Shown here piece after piece: positions 1 to 9,245 of a stretch of 64,000 nucleotides of DNA (position 1 is the first letter of the stretch; every line of letters starts with the position of its first letter). The DNA lies in NCBI GenBank assembly GCA_963770545.1, contig CAVYQF010000036.1, positions 38,253 through 102,252 on the forward strand, in the 5' to 3' direction. The stretch is from an uncultured Actinomycetes bacterium (lineage in GTDB: Bacteria; Actinomycetota; Actinomycetes; Streptosporangiales; Streptosporangiaceae). Below the pieces are notes generated by a model. That model was given only the letters and a program-made list of their open reading frames with translations, ran no database searches and had not been told where the DNA came from. The position numbers and the translations under genes were made by a program.

Positions 1-59
1 GAAGATTACTTTGGGTGACTGACTGATAACAATGCTCGTACCTGGGAAGGGGACAGGGC

Positions 60-566
60 ATGCGCCAGACGTGCCCCCCCGCCCCTCTGCTCACCTGGTC
101 CCGGGACTTCCCCGCGGTGCCGCCCCAGGCCCGGGAGGCGCGGCTGTTCCTGGCCGCCCTCCTCGGCGGCCGCCGGGACGCTGATGAGGCCGTGCTCTGC
201 CTGTCCGAGCTGGTGGGCAACGCCTGCCTGCACAGCCGGTCCCGGGAGCCGGGCGGCCGGTTCACCGTCCGGGCCCAGCTGCGCGGCGAGCAGCTGCGGG
301 TCGAGGTGCGCGACGGCGGCGGCCCGTGGGCCGAGTCCCGCTATCGGGACGACGTGCACGGCCGCGGATTAGTGATCGTCTCCCGGCTGGCCCGGCGCTG
401 CGGCCGCAGCGGGAACGGCCAGTCGGGCTGGCGGGTGTGGTTCGAGATGGACTGCCCGCCGGGTGGCGTGCTGGACGGCCCATCGGGTGGTGTGCTGGAC
501 GGCCCGTCCGGTGACGTGCCGGACGGCTCGCCCGATGACGTGCCGGGCCGCCCGGCCGGTGTGTAG
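60..566 (+). CDS. HATPase_c-type ATP-binding protein (RsbW/SpoIIAB-like anti-sigma kinase fold)
   Basis: 168-aa ORF. The LCLSELVGNACLHS ... GRGLVIVSRLA pattern is typical of the small actinobacterial ATP-binding proteins of WhiJ-type loci. The C-terminal tail is encoded by 24-bp repeats. Confidence 0.7.
   Translation: MRQTCPPAPLLTWSRDFPAVPPQAREARLFLAALLGGRRDADEAVLCLSELVGNACLHSRSREPGGRFTVRAQLRGEQLRVEVRDGGGPWAESRYRDDVHGRGLVIVSRLARRCGRSGNGQSGWRVWFEMDCPPGGVLDGPSGGVLDGPSGDVPDGSPDDVPGRPAGV
461..556. repeat. 24-bp tandem repeat x4 (first two copies near-identical), in frame
   Basis: gggtggcgtgctggacggcccatc / gggtggtgtgctggacggcccgtc / two degenerate copies. Encodes GGVLDGPS GGVLDGPS GDVPDGSP DDVPGRPA. 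Confidence 0.9.
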
Positions 567-790
567 CGGTCGCTCGCACGGGCAGCAAAAACGAGCCGCT
601 CGCGGGATTACTGCCGCGCCCCATGACGTTAGTTTTCATTAAGCAACTATCAAGCCGGACGCGATCGCCCGGGACGAGACTGCCCGGCCGCGGCACCTGC
701 GGGCGGGAACCACCTTGGGAAGGGTAGGCATGCGGGCCTCCTCAGCTGAGCCAGCCACCTCTGCGCAGCCCAACGGCCATCAGCACGAGC

Positions 791-2605
791 ATGAAGCGAC
801 CAGTCGCGGGATCTTCCGGCGTAGGGCCGGGTGGGCGGCCCAGCCGCCAGGCCTGGCACTACAAGTGGATCGCGCTGTCCAACACGACCCTCGGGGTGCT
901 GATGGCGACCGTCAACGCCTCGATCTTGCTGATCGCGCTGCCTGACATCTTCCGCGGTATCGGGGTCAACCCGCTGCAGCCGGGCAACACCAGCCTGCTG
1001 CTGTGGATGATCATGGGTTACCTGGTGGTCACCGCGGTTCTGGTGGTCAGTTTCGGCCGCCTGGGTGACATGTTCGGGCGGGTCAGGATCTACAACCTGG
1101 GCTTCGCCGTGTTCAGCGTGTTCTCGGTGCTGCTGGCGCTGACCTGGCTGCACGGTTCCGCCGCGGCCTGGTGGATCATCGCGGGCCGCGTTTTGCAGGG
1201 CGTGGGCGGGGCCATGCTGCTGGCTAATTCCAGCGCGCTGCTCACCGACGCGTTCCCGACCAACCAGCGCGGGCTGGCGCTTGGGCTGAACCAGGTCGCT
1301 GCCATTGCGGGTTCCTTCATCGGGCTGGTGCTCGGCGGCCTGCTAGGCCCCGTGGACTGGCGGCTGGTCTTCCTGGTCTCGGTGCCGTTCGGGGTGTTCG
1401 GCACGTTCTGGGCCTACCTCAAGCTCCGGGAGCTCGGCGTCCGCCGTCCGGCCCGGCTCGACTGGCTGGGCAACATCACCTTCGCCATCGGCCTGATCGC
1501 GGTGCTGGTCGGGATCACCTACGGCATCCAGCCTTACGGCGGCCACACCATGGGCTGGACCAGCCCGTTCGTGCTGACCGCCATCTTCGGCGGGCTGGCC
1601 GTGCTGGTCGTCTTCTGCTTCGTGGAGACCCACGTTGAGGAGCCGATGTTCCAGCTCCGGCTGTTCAGGATCCGCGCCTTTACCGCCGGCAACCTGGCCA
1701 GCCTGCTGTCCTCACTCGGCCGGGGCGGCCTGATGTTCGTGCTGATCATCTGGCTTCAGGGCATCTACCTGCCCCGGCATGGTGTCAGCTTCAGCGATAC
1801 CCCGCTGAAGGCCGGAATCTGCATGCTGCCGCTGACGATCGGTTTCCTGATCGCCGGGCCGGTGTCCGGCTGGCTGTCCGACCGCTTCGGGGCCCGGCCG
1901 TTCGCCACCGGCGGCATGGTCGTGGCGGCGCTTTCGTTCCTGCTCCTCGAGCTGCTGCCGATCGACTTCACCTACTGGCAGTTCGCGCTGATCCTGCTGC
2001 TCAACGGGCTGGGCATGGGGCTGTTCGCCTCACCGAACCGGGCCGGGATCATGAACAGCCTGCCCCGGGAGAGCCGCGGGGTGGGTGCCGGGATGAGCGC
2101 CACCTTCCAGAACTCAGCCATGGTGTTGTCCATCGGCATCTTCTTCACGCTGATCATCTTGGGCCTGGCGTCCTCGCTGCCGGCCGCGCTCAACCACGGC
2201 TTGGTGGCGCAGGGTGTGTCGCCCGCCGATGCGGCCCGGGTCGCGGCCTTGCCGCCGGTCTCGGTCATGTTCGCGGCCCTGCTCGGTTACAACCCGATCC
2301 AGACTCTGCTGGGCCCGGCGCTCGCCAAGCTGCCGGCCAGCCACGCCGCCTTCCTGACCGGGCGCAGCTTCTTCCCGGCCCTGATCTCCCCGGCGTTCTC
2401 GAATGGCCTGCACATCGCGTTCGACTTCGCCATCGCGGCCTGCCTCATCGCGGCGATCGCTTCGCTGCTGCGCGGACGCCGGTACGTGCACGAGGAGCAT
2501 GGGATCGCGGCGGATGAGCAGCCGTCCGGGGATCTCGGAGGTAGCGGTACAGAGATCCCCGGACGGACATTTACCCCGGTCGGCGCGGTCAGGGAAGCAC
2601 GGTGA
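791..2605 (+). CDS. MFS transporter, DHA2 (EmrB/QacA)-like
   Basis: 604-aa ORF with many hydrophobic helices. The GRLGDMFGRVRIY loop motif and the length fit a 14-TM drug:H+ antiporter type. Confidence 0.85.
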   Translation: MKRPVAGSSGVGPGGRPSRQAWHYKWIALSNTTLGVLMATVNASILLIALPDIFRGIGVNPLQPGNTSLLLWMIMGYLVVTAVLVVSFGRLGDMFGRVRIYNLGFAVFSVFSVLLALTWLHGSAAAWWIIAGRVLQGVGGAMLLANSSALLTDAFPTNQRGLALGLNQVAAIAGSFIGLVLGGLLGPVDWRLVFLVSVPFGVFGTFWAYLKLRELGVRRPARLDWLGNITFAIGLIAVLVGITYGIQPYGGHTMGWTSPFVLTAIFGGLAVLVVFCFVETHVEEPMFQLRLFRIRAFTAGNLASLLSSLGRGGLMFVLIIWLQGIYLPRHGVSFSDTPLKAGICMLPLTIGFLIAGPVSGWLSDRFGARPFATGGMVVAALSFLLLELLPIDFTYWQFALILLLNGLGMGLFASPNRAGIMNSLPRESRGVGAGMSATFQNSAMVLSIGIFFTLIILGLASSLPAALNHGLVAQGVSPADAARVAALPPVSVMFAALLGYNPIQTLLGPALAKLPASHAAFLTGRSFFPALISPAFSNGLHIAFDFAIAACLIAAIASLLRGRRYVHEEHGIAADEQPSGDLGGSGTEIPGRTFTPVGAVREAR

Positions 2606-4358
2606 ACGGGCGCATCATCTCGTTGTCCTCGTGCTCAACGATGTGGCAGTGGTGGACGTAGCTCTGCGGCCCGGTGACGCCCGTGGGCAGGTCAAACTTG
2701 GCTCGGATCCTGGTGAAGTAGCCAGGGTTGGCCTTGACCGTGTCCTTGAAGCCCCGCTCGTCGGGAGTGGGCGGCTCCATCGGGCCGGTCGCGAAAGGCT
2801 CGGGGCTGATGCCGCCCGGTACTCCCTGGGGGCCGCCGTACTTCTTCTGGTAGGCGGCGGCGTCGTAAGGAGTGCGCCCGACCACCTGGAAAGTGACCAG
2901 GTGCACATGCATGGGGTGGGTGTCGGGGGTCATGTTCACCCAGACCCAGTCCTCGACGGTGCCGGCCTTCGGGGTCTCTGTCACCGGCGTCGCCTCGAAG
3001 TCCACCGCGTTCAGGTTCAGGTGCCAGGCCGCCGTCTCCGGGGCGATCTCGTTGAGCGTGATGTACCGGGTCTTGACCGGGTGGTGCAGGCTGGCCCGCT
3101 GCCCGGGCAGGCTGTCCGGGATCTTCCGGGGCCCGCGGTGGGTGACTGAGGTTCCCACCCGGACCTGCATGACCGCGCCCAGCGCAGGCGCCGGAGTGGA
3201 TACCGGGGCCGCGGGTGTGTGGTTGCGCAGTTCCAGGGTCCGGCCGGCCAGCCCGCGGAAGTCGACCAGCATGTCGGCCCGTTCGGCCGGCGTGAGCACG
3301 AGTTCCCTCACCGGGACCGGCACGTCGAACAGGCCGCCTTCGGCGCCGATCTGCCACATCGGCAGGCCGAGGCTCAGGCTCATGATCCGCGCGTTGCACC
3401 CGTTCAGCACCCGGAAGCGGTACATCCGGGGCTCGACATCCAGGTAGGGCCAGACCTTGCCGTTGACCAGCATGTGGTCGCCGAAGTACTCGCCGATCCA
3501 GGTCACCCCGGAGATATCGCTCACCGGGTAGAGGAACTTCCCGTCCGCCCGGAACTGGCGGTCCTGGATGACCAGCGGGATCTCGTACGCCCCGCCTGGG
3601 ATTCCGACCGGGTTGGGTTCGGTGCCGGTGTCGAAAGAGTCGCGGATCAGGTACCCGGCGGCCAGGCCGGCGAACACGTTCAGCCGGGTGATGCCCATCC
3701 CGTGATCATGGAACCAGCGCAGCGAGGCCGGCATCTGCGGCAGTTCGTTGCCGTAGTAGACGGACTGCGTCTCGCCCGGCGCGTAGCCCATCCCGTTGTC
3801 CGTGGTGGGGTTGCCGTCGCTGTCGGCGGCTACGAACCCGCCGTGCAGGTGGGTCATGGGCCGGACCTTCCGGCCGTTCCCATGGGTCAGCCGGGTGTCC
3901 ACGGGGATCCACTCGGGGTAGACCTCCGGCAGATGGTTGGTGTAGCTCACGTGGAGCGGGGTGCCGCTTTCCGCGGCCAGGACCATGCCGAACGAGCCTG
4001 CCTGCCCGGGCAGCCCGGACCCGTCGTCATAAGCCCACACCGGGGTGGGCGGCAGATCGGGATGCAGGCGGCGCTTGATCTCGCGCTGGGTGAACGAGTA
4101 CTGGTTGGTGCCGCTGGGGGTCGCTACCACGATCCCGTTCCCGGGCACCGGGAGTGGCTGGCAGAACTTCCGCAGCTTGCCGCCGGACAGTCTGCTGCCA
4201 GTCAGAGAAGAGGCAGGGCGGCGCCCTAAGCTTTTCGCCAGCCCGCGCTCCGTGGCGGCGGGGAGCGCCAGCAGGGCGCCGGCTCCCATGCTGTACTGCA
4301 GGAAACGTCGGCGCGTTGGGTCATTCACCTGTTCCACCTTTGTTGAGTGGGGCTGCAC
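2589..4358 (-). CDS. Tat-exported multicopper oxidase
   Basis: 589 aa. Twin-arginine leader TRRRFLQYSMGAGALLALPAA. Copper-ligand motifs HLHGG, WFHDHGMG, HPMHVHL and HHCHIVEHEDNEMM. Confidence 0.9.
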   Translation of the reverse strand: MQPHSTKVEQVNDPTRRRFLQYSMGAGALLALPAATERGLAKSLGRRPASSLTGSRLSGGKLRKFCQPLPVPGNGIVVATPSGTNQYSFTQREIKRRLHPDLPPTPVWAYDDGSGLPGQAGSFGMVLAAESGTPLHVSYTNHLPEVYPEWIPVDTRLTHGNGRKVRPMTHLHGGFVAADSDGNPTTDNGMGYAPGETQSVYYGNELPQMPASLRWFHDHGMGITRLNVFAGLAAGYLIRDSFDTGTEPNPVGIPGGAYEIPLVIQDRQFRADGKFLYPVSDISGVTWIGEYFGDHMLVNGKVWPYLDVEPRMYRFRVLNGCNARIMSLSLGLPMWQIGAEGGLFDVPVPVRELVLTPAERADMLVDFRGLAGRTLELRNHTPAAPVSTPAPALGAVMQVRVGTSVTHRGPRKIPDSLPGQRASLHHPVKTRYITLNEIAPETAAWHLNLNAVDFEATPVTETPKAGTVEDWVWVNMTPDTHPMHVHLVTFQVVGRTPYDAAAYQKKYGGPQGVPGGISPEPFATGPMEPPTPDERGFKDTVKANPGYFTRIRAKFDLPTGVTGPQSYVHHCHIVEHEDNEMMRPFTVLP

Positions 4359-4496
4359 GGGCCGCCTGCCGTGGCCCGGTCCGGACCGTCCACCGACCGC
4401 TGAGACTCAGCGTTCCTGCTGACCATGGTCAGCGAATCCTCCTCATTGCATGCCTGGCTCGCCGGGCCGGTAAGGGCCGGTCGGCCCGGCCGCTTC

Positions 4497-4557
4497 CGCC
4501 AGAGGTCCCGGCCAGCCCGCCAGAGGTCACGGCCAGCCCGCCAGAGGTCCCGGCAGC
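4497..4557. repeat. 21-bp tandem repeat x~2.8 in a divergent intergenic region
   Basis: cgccagaggtc[c/a]cggccagcc repeated, between the multicopper oxidase start and the cysK start. Confidence 0.9.
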
Positions 4558-4640
4558 CACGGTCCTCCCGGTTCACCGGCGGCGAATGGTGTGATTGGGG
4601 GAAAACACGGGCCAGAGAGGCCACGGGAAGGGACTGACCC

Positions 4641-5573
4641 ATGCGGATCGCCGAGGACGTCACGAAGCTGACGGGTAACACACCGCTGGTCCGACTGCAG
4701 CGGGTGACCGATGGGGCCACGGCCCCGGTCGTGGCGAAGCTAGAATTTTTCAACCCGGCCAGCAGTGTCAAGGACCGGATCGGCGTCGCCATGATCGACG
4801 CGGCCGAGCGGGACGGGCTGATCGGGCCGGACACCATCGTCCTGGAACCGACCAGCGGCAACACCGGCATCGCGCTGGCCATGGTCTGCGCGGCCCGCGG
4901 TTACCGCTGCCTGCTGACCATGCCGGAGACGATGAGCCGGGAACGGCGCCAGCTGCTCCGCGCACTCGGTGCGGACCTGATGCTCACGCCGGGTCCCGAC
5001 GGCATGCCCGGCGCCATCGCCAAGGCCGAGGAACTGGCCAAGAGCGATCAGCGGTATTTCATGCCGCAGCAGTTTGAGAATCCCGCGAACCCGGCCATCC
5101 ACCGGGCCACCACCGCCGAGGAAGTGTGGCGGGACACCGACGGCGCGGTGGACATCTTCGTGGCCGGCGTCGGGACCGGCGGCACCATCAGCGGGGTCGG
5201 TGAGGTGCTCAAGGAACGCAAGCCCTCGGTGCGGATGATCGCGGTCGAGCCGGCCGCGTCCCCCGTGCTGTCCGGCGGCCCGAAGGGCCCGCACCCGATC
5301 CAGGGCATCGGCGCCGGCTTCGTCCCGGACGTGTACGACGCCGGCGTCGTCAACGAGATCCTCCCCGTCGGCAACGACGACGCGCTGGACATGGCGCGCC
5401 GGCTGGCCCGGGAGGAGGGCATACTGGGCGGCATCTCCTCGGGGGCGGCGGTCTGGGCCGCGGTCCAGGTCGCGCTCCGGCCGGAGAACGCCGGCCAGCT
5501 GATCGTGGTGGTGATCCCGGACTTTGGGGAGCGCTACCTGAGCACGCCGTTGTTCGCTGGCCTCGACGGCTAG
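4641..5573 (+). CDS. cysK: cysteine synthase A (O-acetylserine sulfhydrylase)
   Basis: 310 aa. Motifs [11 protein letters not shown] (PLP lysine), [10 protein letters not shown] and GTGGTISG, plus full-length colinearity with CysK. Confidence 0.95.
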   Translation: MRIAEDVTKLTGNTPLVRLQRVTDGATAPVVAKLEFFNPASSVKDRIGVAMIDAAERDGLIGPDTIVLEPTSGNTGIALAMVCAARGYRCLLTMPETMSRERRQLLRALGADLMLTPGPDGMPGAIAKAEELAKSDQRYFMPQQFENPANPAIHRATTAEEVWRDTDGAVDIFVAGVGTGGTISGVGEVLKERKPSVRMIAVEPAASPVLSGGPKGPHPIQGIGAGFVPDVYDAGVVNEILPVGNDDALDMARRLAREEGILGGISSGAAVWAAVQVALRPENAGQLIVVVIPDFGERYLSTPLFAGLDG

Positions 5574-5575
5574 CG

Positions 5576-6373
5576 ATGCTCGCTGCCCTGCGGGCGGACG
5601 TGCGGGCGGCCCGGGAGCGTGACCCGGCCGCCCGCAGCACCGCGGAACTCGTCTTGTGCTACCCCGGGCTGCATGCCGTCTGGGGGCACCGGGTCAGCAG
5701 CTGGCTGTGGCGGCACCGCCGGACCCTGCTGGCCCGGCTCTGCTCCGCCTTCACCCAGCGGGTCACCGGGGTGGACATCCACCCGGCCGCGGTCCTCGGC
5801 CCCGGGCTGTTCATCGACCACGCCATCGGCGTGGTGATCGGGGAAACCGCCGAGGTGGGCGCGGATGTGACTATCTACCACGGGGTCACGCTCGGCGGCA
5901 CCAGCCTGGACCGCGGCAAGCGGCATCCCACGGTGGGTGACCGGGTGACGATCGGGGCGGGAGCCAAGGTGCTGGGCCCGATCACGATCGGGCACGACAG
6001 CCGGATCGGCGCCAACGCCGTCGTGGTCAAGCCGGTACCGCCGGACTCGGTCGTCGTCGGCGTGCCCGGACACGTGATCATGCGCAAGCACGCCCGGTCC
6101 GCGACCGGGCCTGCCGATCTCGACAACGCCATCCTGCCCGACCTGGTCGGCGTCAGCCTCCGCGCGCTGCACGACCGGATCGAGGACCTGGAAGCGCGCG
6201 TCAACGGGAGCCGCCCGCCGGACCCGGCGGACCTGGGGGACCGGGCGGACCTGGCGGAGCGGCGGACCGGGCGGACCTGGCGGAGCCTGGCGGACCTGGC
6301 GGACCTGGCGGACCTGGCGGACCCAAGCCCAGCGAGTAACGACGTCTGGTACGAACAGGACTTCTCCATCTGA
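5576..6373 (+). CDS. cysE: serine O-acetyltransferase with a repeat-rich C-terminal extension
   Basis: Starts 2 nt after the cysK stop. [25 protein letters not shown] followed by the hexapeptide-repeat region [37 protein letters not shown]. Confidence 0.9.
   Translation: MLAALRADVRAARERDPAARSTAELVLCYPGLHAVWGHRVSSWLWRHRRTLLARLCSAFTQRVTGVDIHPAAVLGPGLFIDHAIGVVIGETAEVGADVTIYHGVTLGGTSLDRGKRHPTVGDRVTIGAGAKVLGPITIGHDSRIGANAVVVKPVPPDSVVVGVPGHVIMRKHARSATGPADLDNAILPDLVGVSLRALHDRIEDLEARVNGSRPPDPADLGDRADLAERRTGRTWRSLADLADLADLADPSPASNDVWYEQDFSI
6225..6325. repeat. nested 9-bp (ggcggacct) and ~22-bp tandem repeats inside the cysE 3' end
   Basis: ctggcggacctggcggacctggcggacctggcggaccc encodes [11 protein letters not shown]. 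An upstream gaccgggcggacctggcggagc unit occurs twice. Confidence 0.9.
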
Positions 6374-6375
6374 AA

Positions 6376-7191
6376 GTGAATAGCGACCTTTCTGGGGACG
6401 TGATGACAGGCGACAGCGACGTGGATCTGGACGGCACCCGGGCCCTGGTCACCGGCGGGACCAGCGGGCTCGGCCTGGCCATGGCCAGCGCGCTGGCCTG
6501 GGCCGGCGCCACAGTCGTGATTACCAGCCGGTCGGCGGAGCGGGCGGCCGCGGCCGCCGCCCGGCTGCCCGGCGCCGTGGGTGTCGCCGCGGACGCCGGT
6601 GACGAGGTGTCGGTCGCCCGGGCGGCCGATCAGGCCTGGTCGTGGCTCGGCGGCCTCGATCTCCTGGTCAATAACGCGGGCCTCGGGATGCGAACGGTCA
6701 ACCCCCGCTTCATGGCCGAGCCCCAGGGATTCTGGGACGTCCCGCCCGCGGGCTTCCGCGCGGTGGTCAACGTGAACCTCACCGGGTACTTCCTGATGGC
6801 CCGGGAGCTCACGCCGCGGATGCTGGAGGCCGGGTCCGGGCGGATCGTCAACATCTCGATGAATCACGCCACGATGAACCGCCGCGGCTTCGTGCCGTAC
6901 GGGCCCTCCCGGGCCGGCGCGGAGGCGCTGTCCCGCATCATGGCGGCCGACCTGGCTGGCACGCCGGTCCGGGTCAACATGCTGCTGCCGGGCGGGGCTA
7001 CCGACACGGGGATGGTGCCCTCCGGGGACCGTCCCGCCGGGCTCACCCTGATCGACCCGGCGGTCATGGGGCCGCCGATCGTCTGGCTGGCCTCGCCGGC
7101 GGCGCGCGACGTGCACGACGAGCTCATCGTCGCCACCGGGTTCGAGGCGTGGCTGGCCGCCCGGAGCCAGGATGTATCCCCTGGACCTTGA
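6376..7191 (+). CDS. SDR-family oxidoreductase
   Basis: 271 aa. TGGTSGLGLA dinucleotide motif and NNAG motif. GTG start 2 nt after the cysE stop. Confidence 0.85.
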   Translation: MNSDLSGDVMTGDSDVDLDGTRALVTGGTSGLGLAMASALAWAGATVVITSRSAERAAAAAARLPGAVGVAADAGDEVSVARAADQAWSWLGGLDLLVNNAGLGMRTVNPRFMAEPQGFWDVPPAGFRAVVNVNLTGYFLMARELTPRMLEAGSGRIVNISMNHATMNRRGFVPYGPSRAGAEALSRIMAADLAGTPVRVNMLLPGGATDTGMVPSGDRPAGLTLIDPAVMGPPIVWLASPAARDVHDELIVATGFEAWLAARSQDVSPGP

Positions 7192-7193
7192 GC

Positions 7194-7236
7194 CGGGACG
7201 CCGGCCTTCCGGGACGCCGGCCTTCCGGGACGCCGG
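7194..7236. repeat. 16-bp tandem repeat x~2.7
   Basis: cgggacgccggccttc repeated. It fills the whole gap between the SDR stop and the LLM ATG. Confidence 0.9.
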
Positions 7237-7986
7237 ATGTACCGGTGGACCTTCGACCACTTCTATCCGATCATGTCCGACTCAACGGGGCCCTGCCTGG
7301 GGGGCTGGGTGACCCTGACCGCACTGGCGCAGGCGACTAGCCGGCTGCGGCTGGGCACGCTGGTCACCGGCATTCACTACCGGCATCCCGCGGTCCTGGC
7401 GAACATGGCCGCCACCCTCGACATCGTGTCTGGCGGCCGCCTGGAGCTGGGCATCGGCGCTGGGTGGAATGAGGAAGAGTCCGGCGCCTACGGTATCGAG
7501 CTGGGCGGCCCGGCTGAGCGCAGCGACCGGTTCGAGGAGGCGTGCGAGGTCATCGTCAGCCTGCTGACGCGGGAGACGACCGATTTCACCGGCCGGTACT
7601 ACCAGCTCGCCGCCGCGCGGTGTGAGCCGAAACCCGTGCAGCAGCCGCACCCGCCGCTGGTCATCGGCGGCAGCGGGGAGCGGCGTACGCTCCGCACCGC
7701 CGCCTGGTTTGCCCAGCACTGGAACTTCGTCGGCGGGGCGCCTGAGGAGTTCGCCCGCAAGCGTGATGTGCTTCATGCCCACTGCCACGACATTGGGCGC
7801 GACCCGGCGGAGATCGTGCTGTCCAGCCATGTCCGGCTCGGCCCTGACGGCGAGATCGGGCCGGCCATCGACACCGTGGGCGCGCTGGGCGCCCTGGGCC
7901 TGGACCTGGCGATCATCATCCTCCCGCCGCCGCACGACCCCGCCGTGCTCGCCCCGCTGGCCGATGCCCTGGCCCCACTCCGCTGA
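7237..7986 (+). CDS. LLM-class (luciferase-like) F420-dependent oxidoreductase, apparently N-terminally truncated
   Basis: 249 aa. Aligns by eye with the second LLM gene (18444..19340) from its residue ~45 onward (W.FDH..P......G...EGWT.L.ALA..T.RLRLG.LVT). It lacks the first beta-alpha unit, and an in-frame TGA at 7189 blocks upstream extension. Confidence 0.65.
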   Translation: MYRWTFDHFYPIMSDSTGPCLGGWVTLTALAQATSRLRLGTLVTGIHYRHPAVLANMAATLDIVSGGRLELGIGAGWNEEESGAYGIELGGPAERSDRFEEACEVIVSLLTRETTDFTGRYYQLAAARCEPKPVQQPHPPLVIGGSGERRTLRTAAWFAQHWNFVGGAPEEFARKRDVLHAHCHDIGRDPAEIVLSSHVRLGPDGEIGPAIDTVGALGALGLDLAIIILPPPHDPAVLAPLADALAPLR

Positions 7987-8007
7987 CCTCCGGACGGCCC
8001 CGTGCGA

Positions 8008-8643
8008 TCAGGTTCCGCCGGTCAATGACCGCGCCTCTGGGGGGCCGACTACGAGATCGTGAAGGTCGCCGCCCACCTCGAGCCGACCCGACTGCCCGAG
8101 CCCGCCGGCCTTCACCGGCTCGAAGCCGGCCGTCCGGATCAGCTGCTCGACCCCCTGGCCAGCACGGTCGTCGTCGGTCGCGTAGAAGAGGACCGCCAGC
8201 TCGGGCGACCGGTTGCTGGAGGACTCGAAGAGACCGGCCGACATGGTTCCAAACGCCATGGCCAAGCGGGCCCCGGCCGGCAACCACCCGGCGACAACCT
8301 CTCCAGAGGATTGCCCTGTCGGCAGCAGACGCGAGAGGTTGCCTTGTGCATCGACACCGAACGGGTTGCTCGGAACGACCACGAGCTGGCCGGTTAGCGG
8401 TCCGGCGATCTCGTCTATGACGCCCTTCAGCACCCCAAACCGCAGCGCGAGGACCACGGCATCGGCGCCCCGCAACGCGTCGCCGTTGTCGACGGCCACG
8501 ACCGCAGCCTGGCCGATCTCTGCCGCCAGTCTCCGGGCCGACTCATGGTCGGCGCTCGAGAGCCGCAGGGTCTCGCCGCCTGAGGCGAGTTCGCGGGCGA
8601 TGGCCGATCCGATCCCTCCGGTGCCGATGACCGCGGTGGTCAT
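8008..8643 (-). CDS. NAD(P)-binding oxidoreductase, NADPH-dependent F420 reductase-like
   Basis: Rossmann motif MTTAVIGTGGIGSAIA. Start moved to the internal ATG at 8643; the upstream part of the track ORF is Arg/Pro-rich shadow sequence. Confidence 0.7.
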   Translation of the reverse strand: MTTAVIGTGGIGSAIARELASGGETLRLSSADHESARRLAAEIGQAAVVAVDNGDALRGADAVVLALRFGVLKGVIDEIAGPLTGQLVVVPSNPFGVDAQGNLSRLLPTGQSSGEVVAGWLPAGARLAMAFGTMSAGLFESSSNRSPELAVLFYATDDDRAGQGVEQLIRTAGFEPVKAGGLGQSGRLEVGGDLHDLVVGPPEARSLTGGT

Positions 8644-8653
8644 GATCCGGCAT

Positions 8654-9118
8654 TCATCCGGGCCCGCCGCCGGGCGTACCCGACGGCCAGTGGGCGGGTG
8701 ACCAGTCACCCTCGGGGTCGGTGGTCTGACCCACCTCGATGAGATAACCGTCGGGATCGCGGATGTAGCAGCGGATTTCGTACTGGTGCTGTTTCGGCGG
8801 CGTCAGGAATTGAGCACCCCGGGCGCTCCATTCGGCGTACACGGCCTCGATGTCTTTGACCCGGATATTGAGGAAGCTGCTGACCCGGTCGGGATCACGC
8901 GGCGTCTCCAGGGTGACCGTGGGCTTGTCGTCGGTCGGTCCTCCGCCGACATTGATGATGATCCAGCTGTTGGACAGCGCGACATAGGTCACGTCTCCGG
9001 AGAAGGCCACCCGGCCGCCGAGTACTTCGGTGTAGAAGCGGCGAGAGCGCTCGACATCGTCGGAGACGATGAAGTGGGCCAGCACAATGTCCTCTGGGGG
9101 CGGTGGGAGCTCGGCCAT
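8654..9118 (-). CDS. VOC (glyoxalase/bleomycin-resistance) family protein
   Basis: 154 aa. LAHFIVSDDVERSRRFYTEVLGG ... IRDPDGYLIEV is the typical VOC module. Confidence 0.8.
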   Translation of the reverse strand: MAELPPPPEDIVLAHFIVSDDVERSRRFYTEVLGGRVAFSGDVTYVALSNSWIIINVGGGPTDDKPTVTLETPRDPDRVSSFLNIRVKDIEAVYAEWSARGAQFLTPPKQHQYEIRCYIRDPDGYLIEVGQTTDPEGDWSPAHWPSGTPGGGPG

Positions 9119-9245
9119 CTGGCACCTCCACTGGTTGGGTCCTACACCCCGCTTACGACGGGTGCAGCGCCCCGCCGCGGCATGCCAAGGAGTCTAACGC
9201 TGTCGAACCGGCCGGCCCGGTCCCGCCTCCCGGGTTGCTCAGGGC

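Noticed and set aside
2589-4358. The multicopper oxidase + MFS + cysKE neighbourhood as a biosynthetic gene cluster.
   Set aside because: There are no core biosynthetic enzymes (PKS, NRPS, terpene, RiPP precursor). Gene orientations are mixed, and the functions are ordinary.
4425-4637. The 70-aa ORF (RSRPARQ repeats) upstream of cysK as a small protein or leader.
   Set aside because: Its sequence is simply the translation of the 21-bp DNA repeat, and it has no RBS or coding-type composition.
5875-7260. Long antisense or alternative-frame ORFs throughout the track. Examples: 5875..7260 -, 10825..11919 -, 12640..13662 -, 19693..20868 -, 20784..21980 -, 20984..22069 +, 27603..28664 +, 59182..60759 +, 60747..62228 +, 62505..63803 +.
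   Set aside because: All are Arg/Pro/Gly/Ala-rich with no recognisable motifs, and each lies opposite or out of frame to an ORF with clear family signatures. These are the usual shadow ORFs of very GC-rich DNA.
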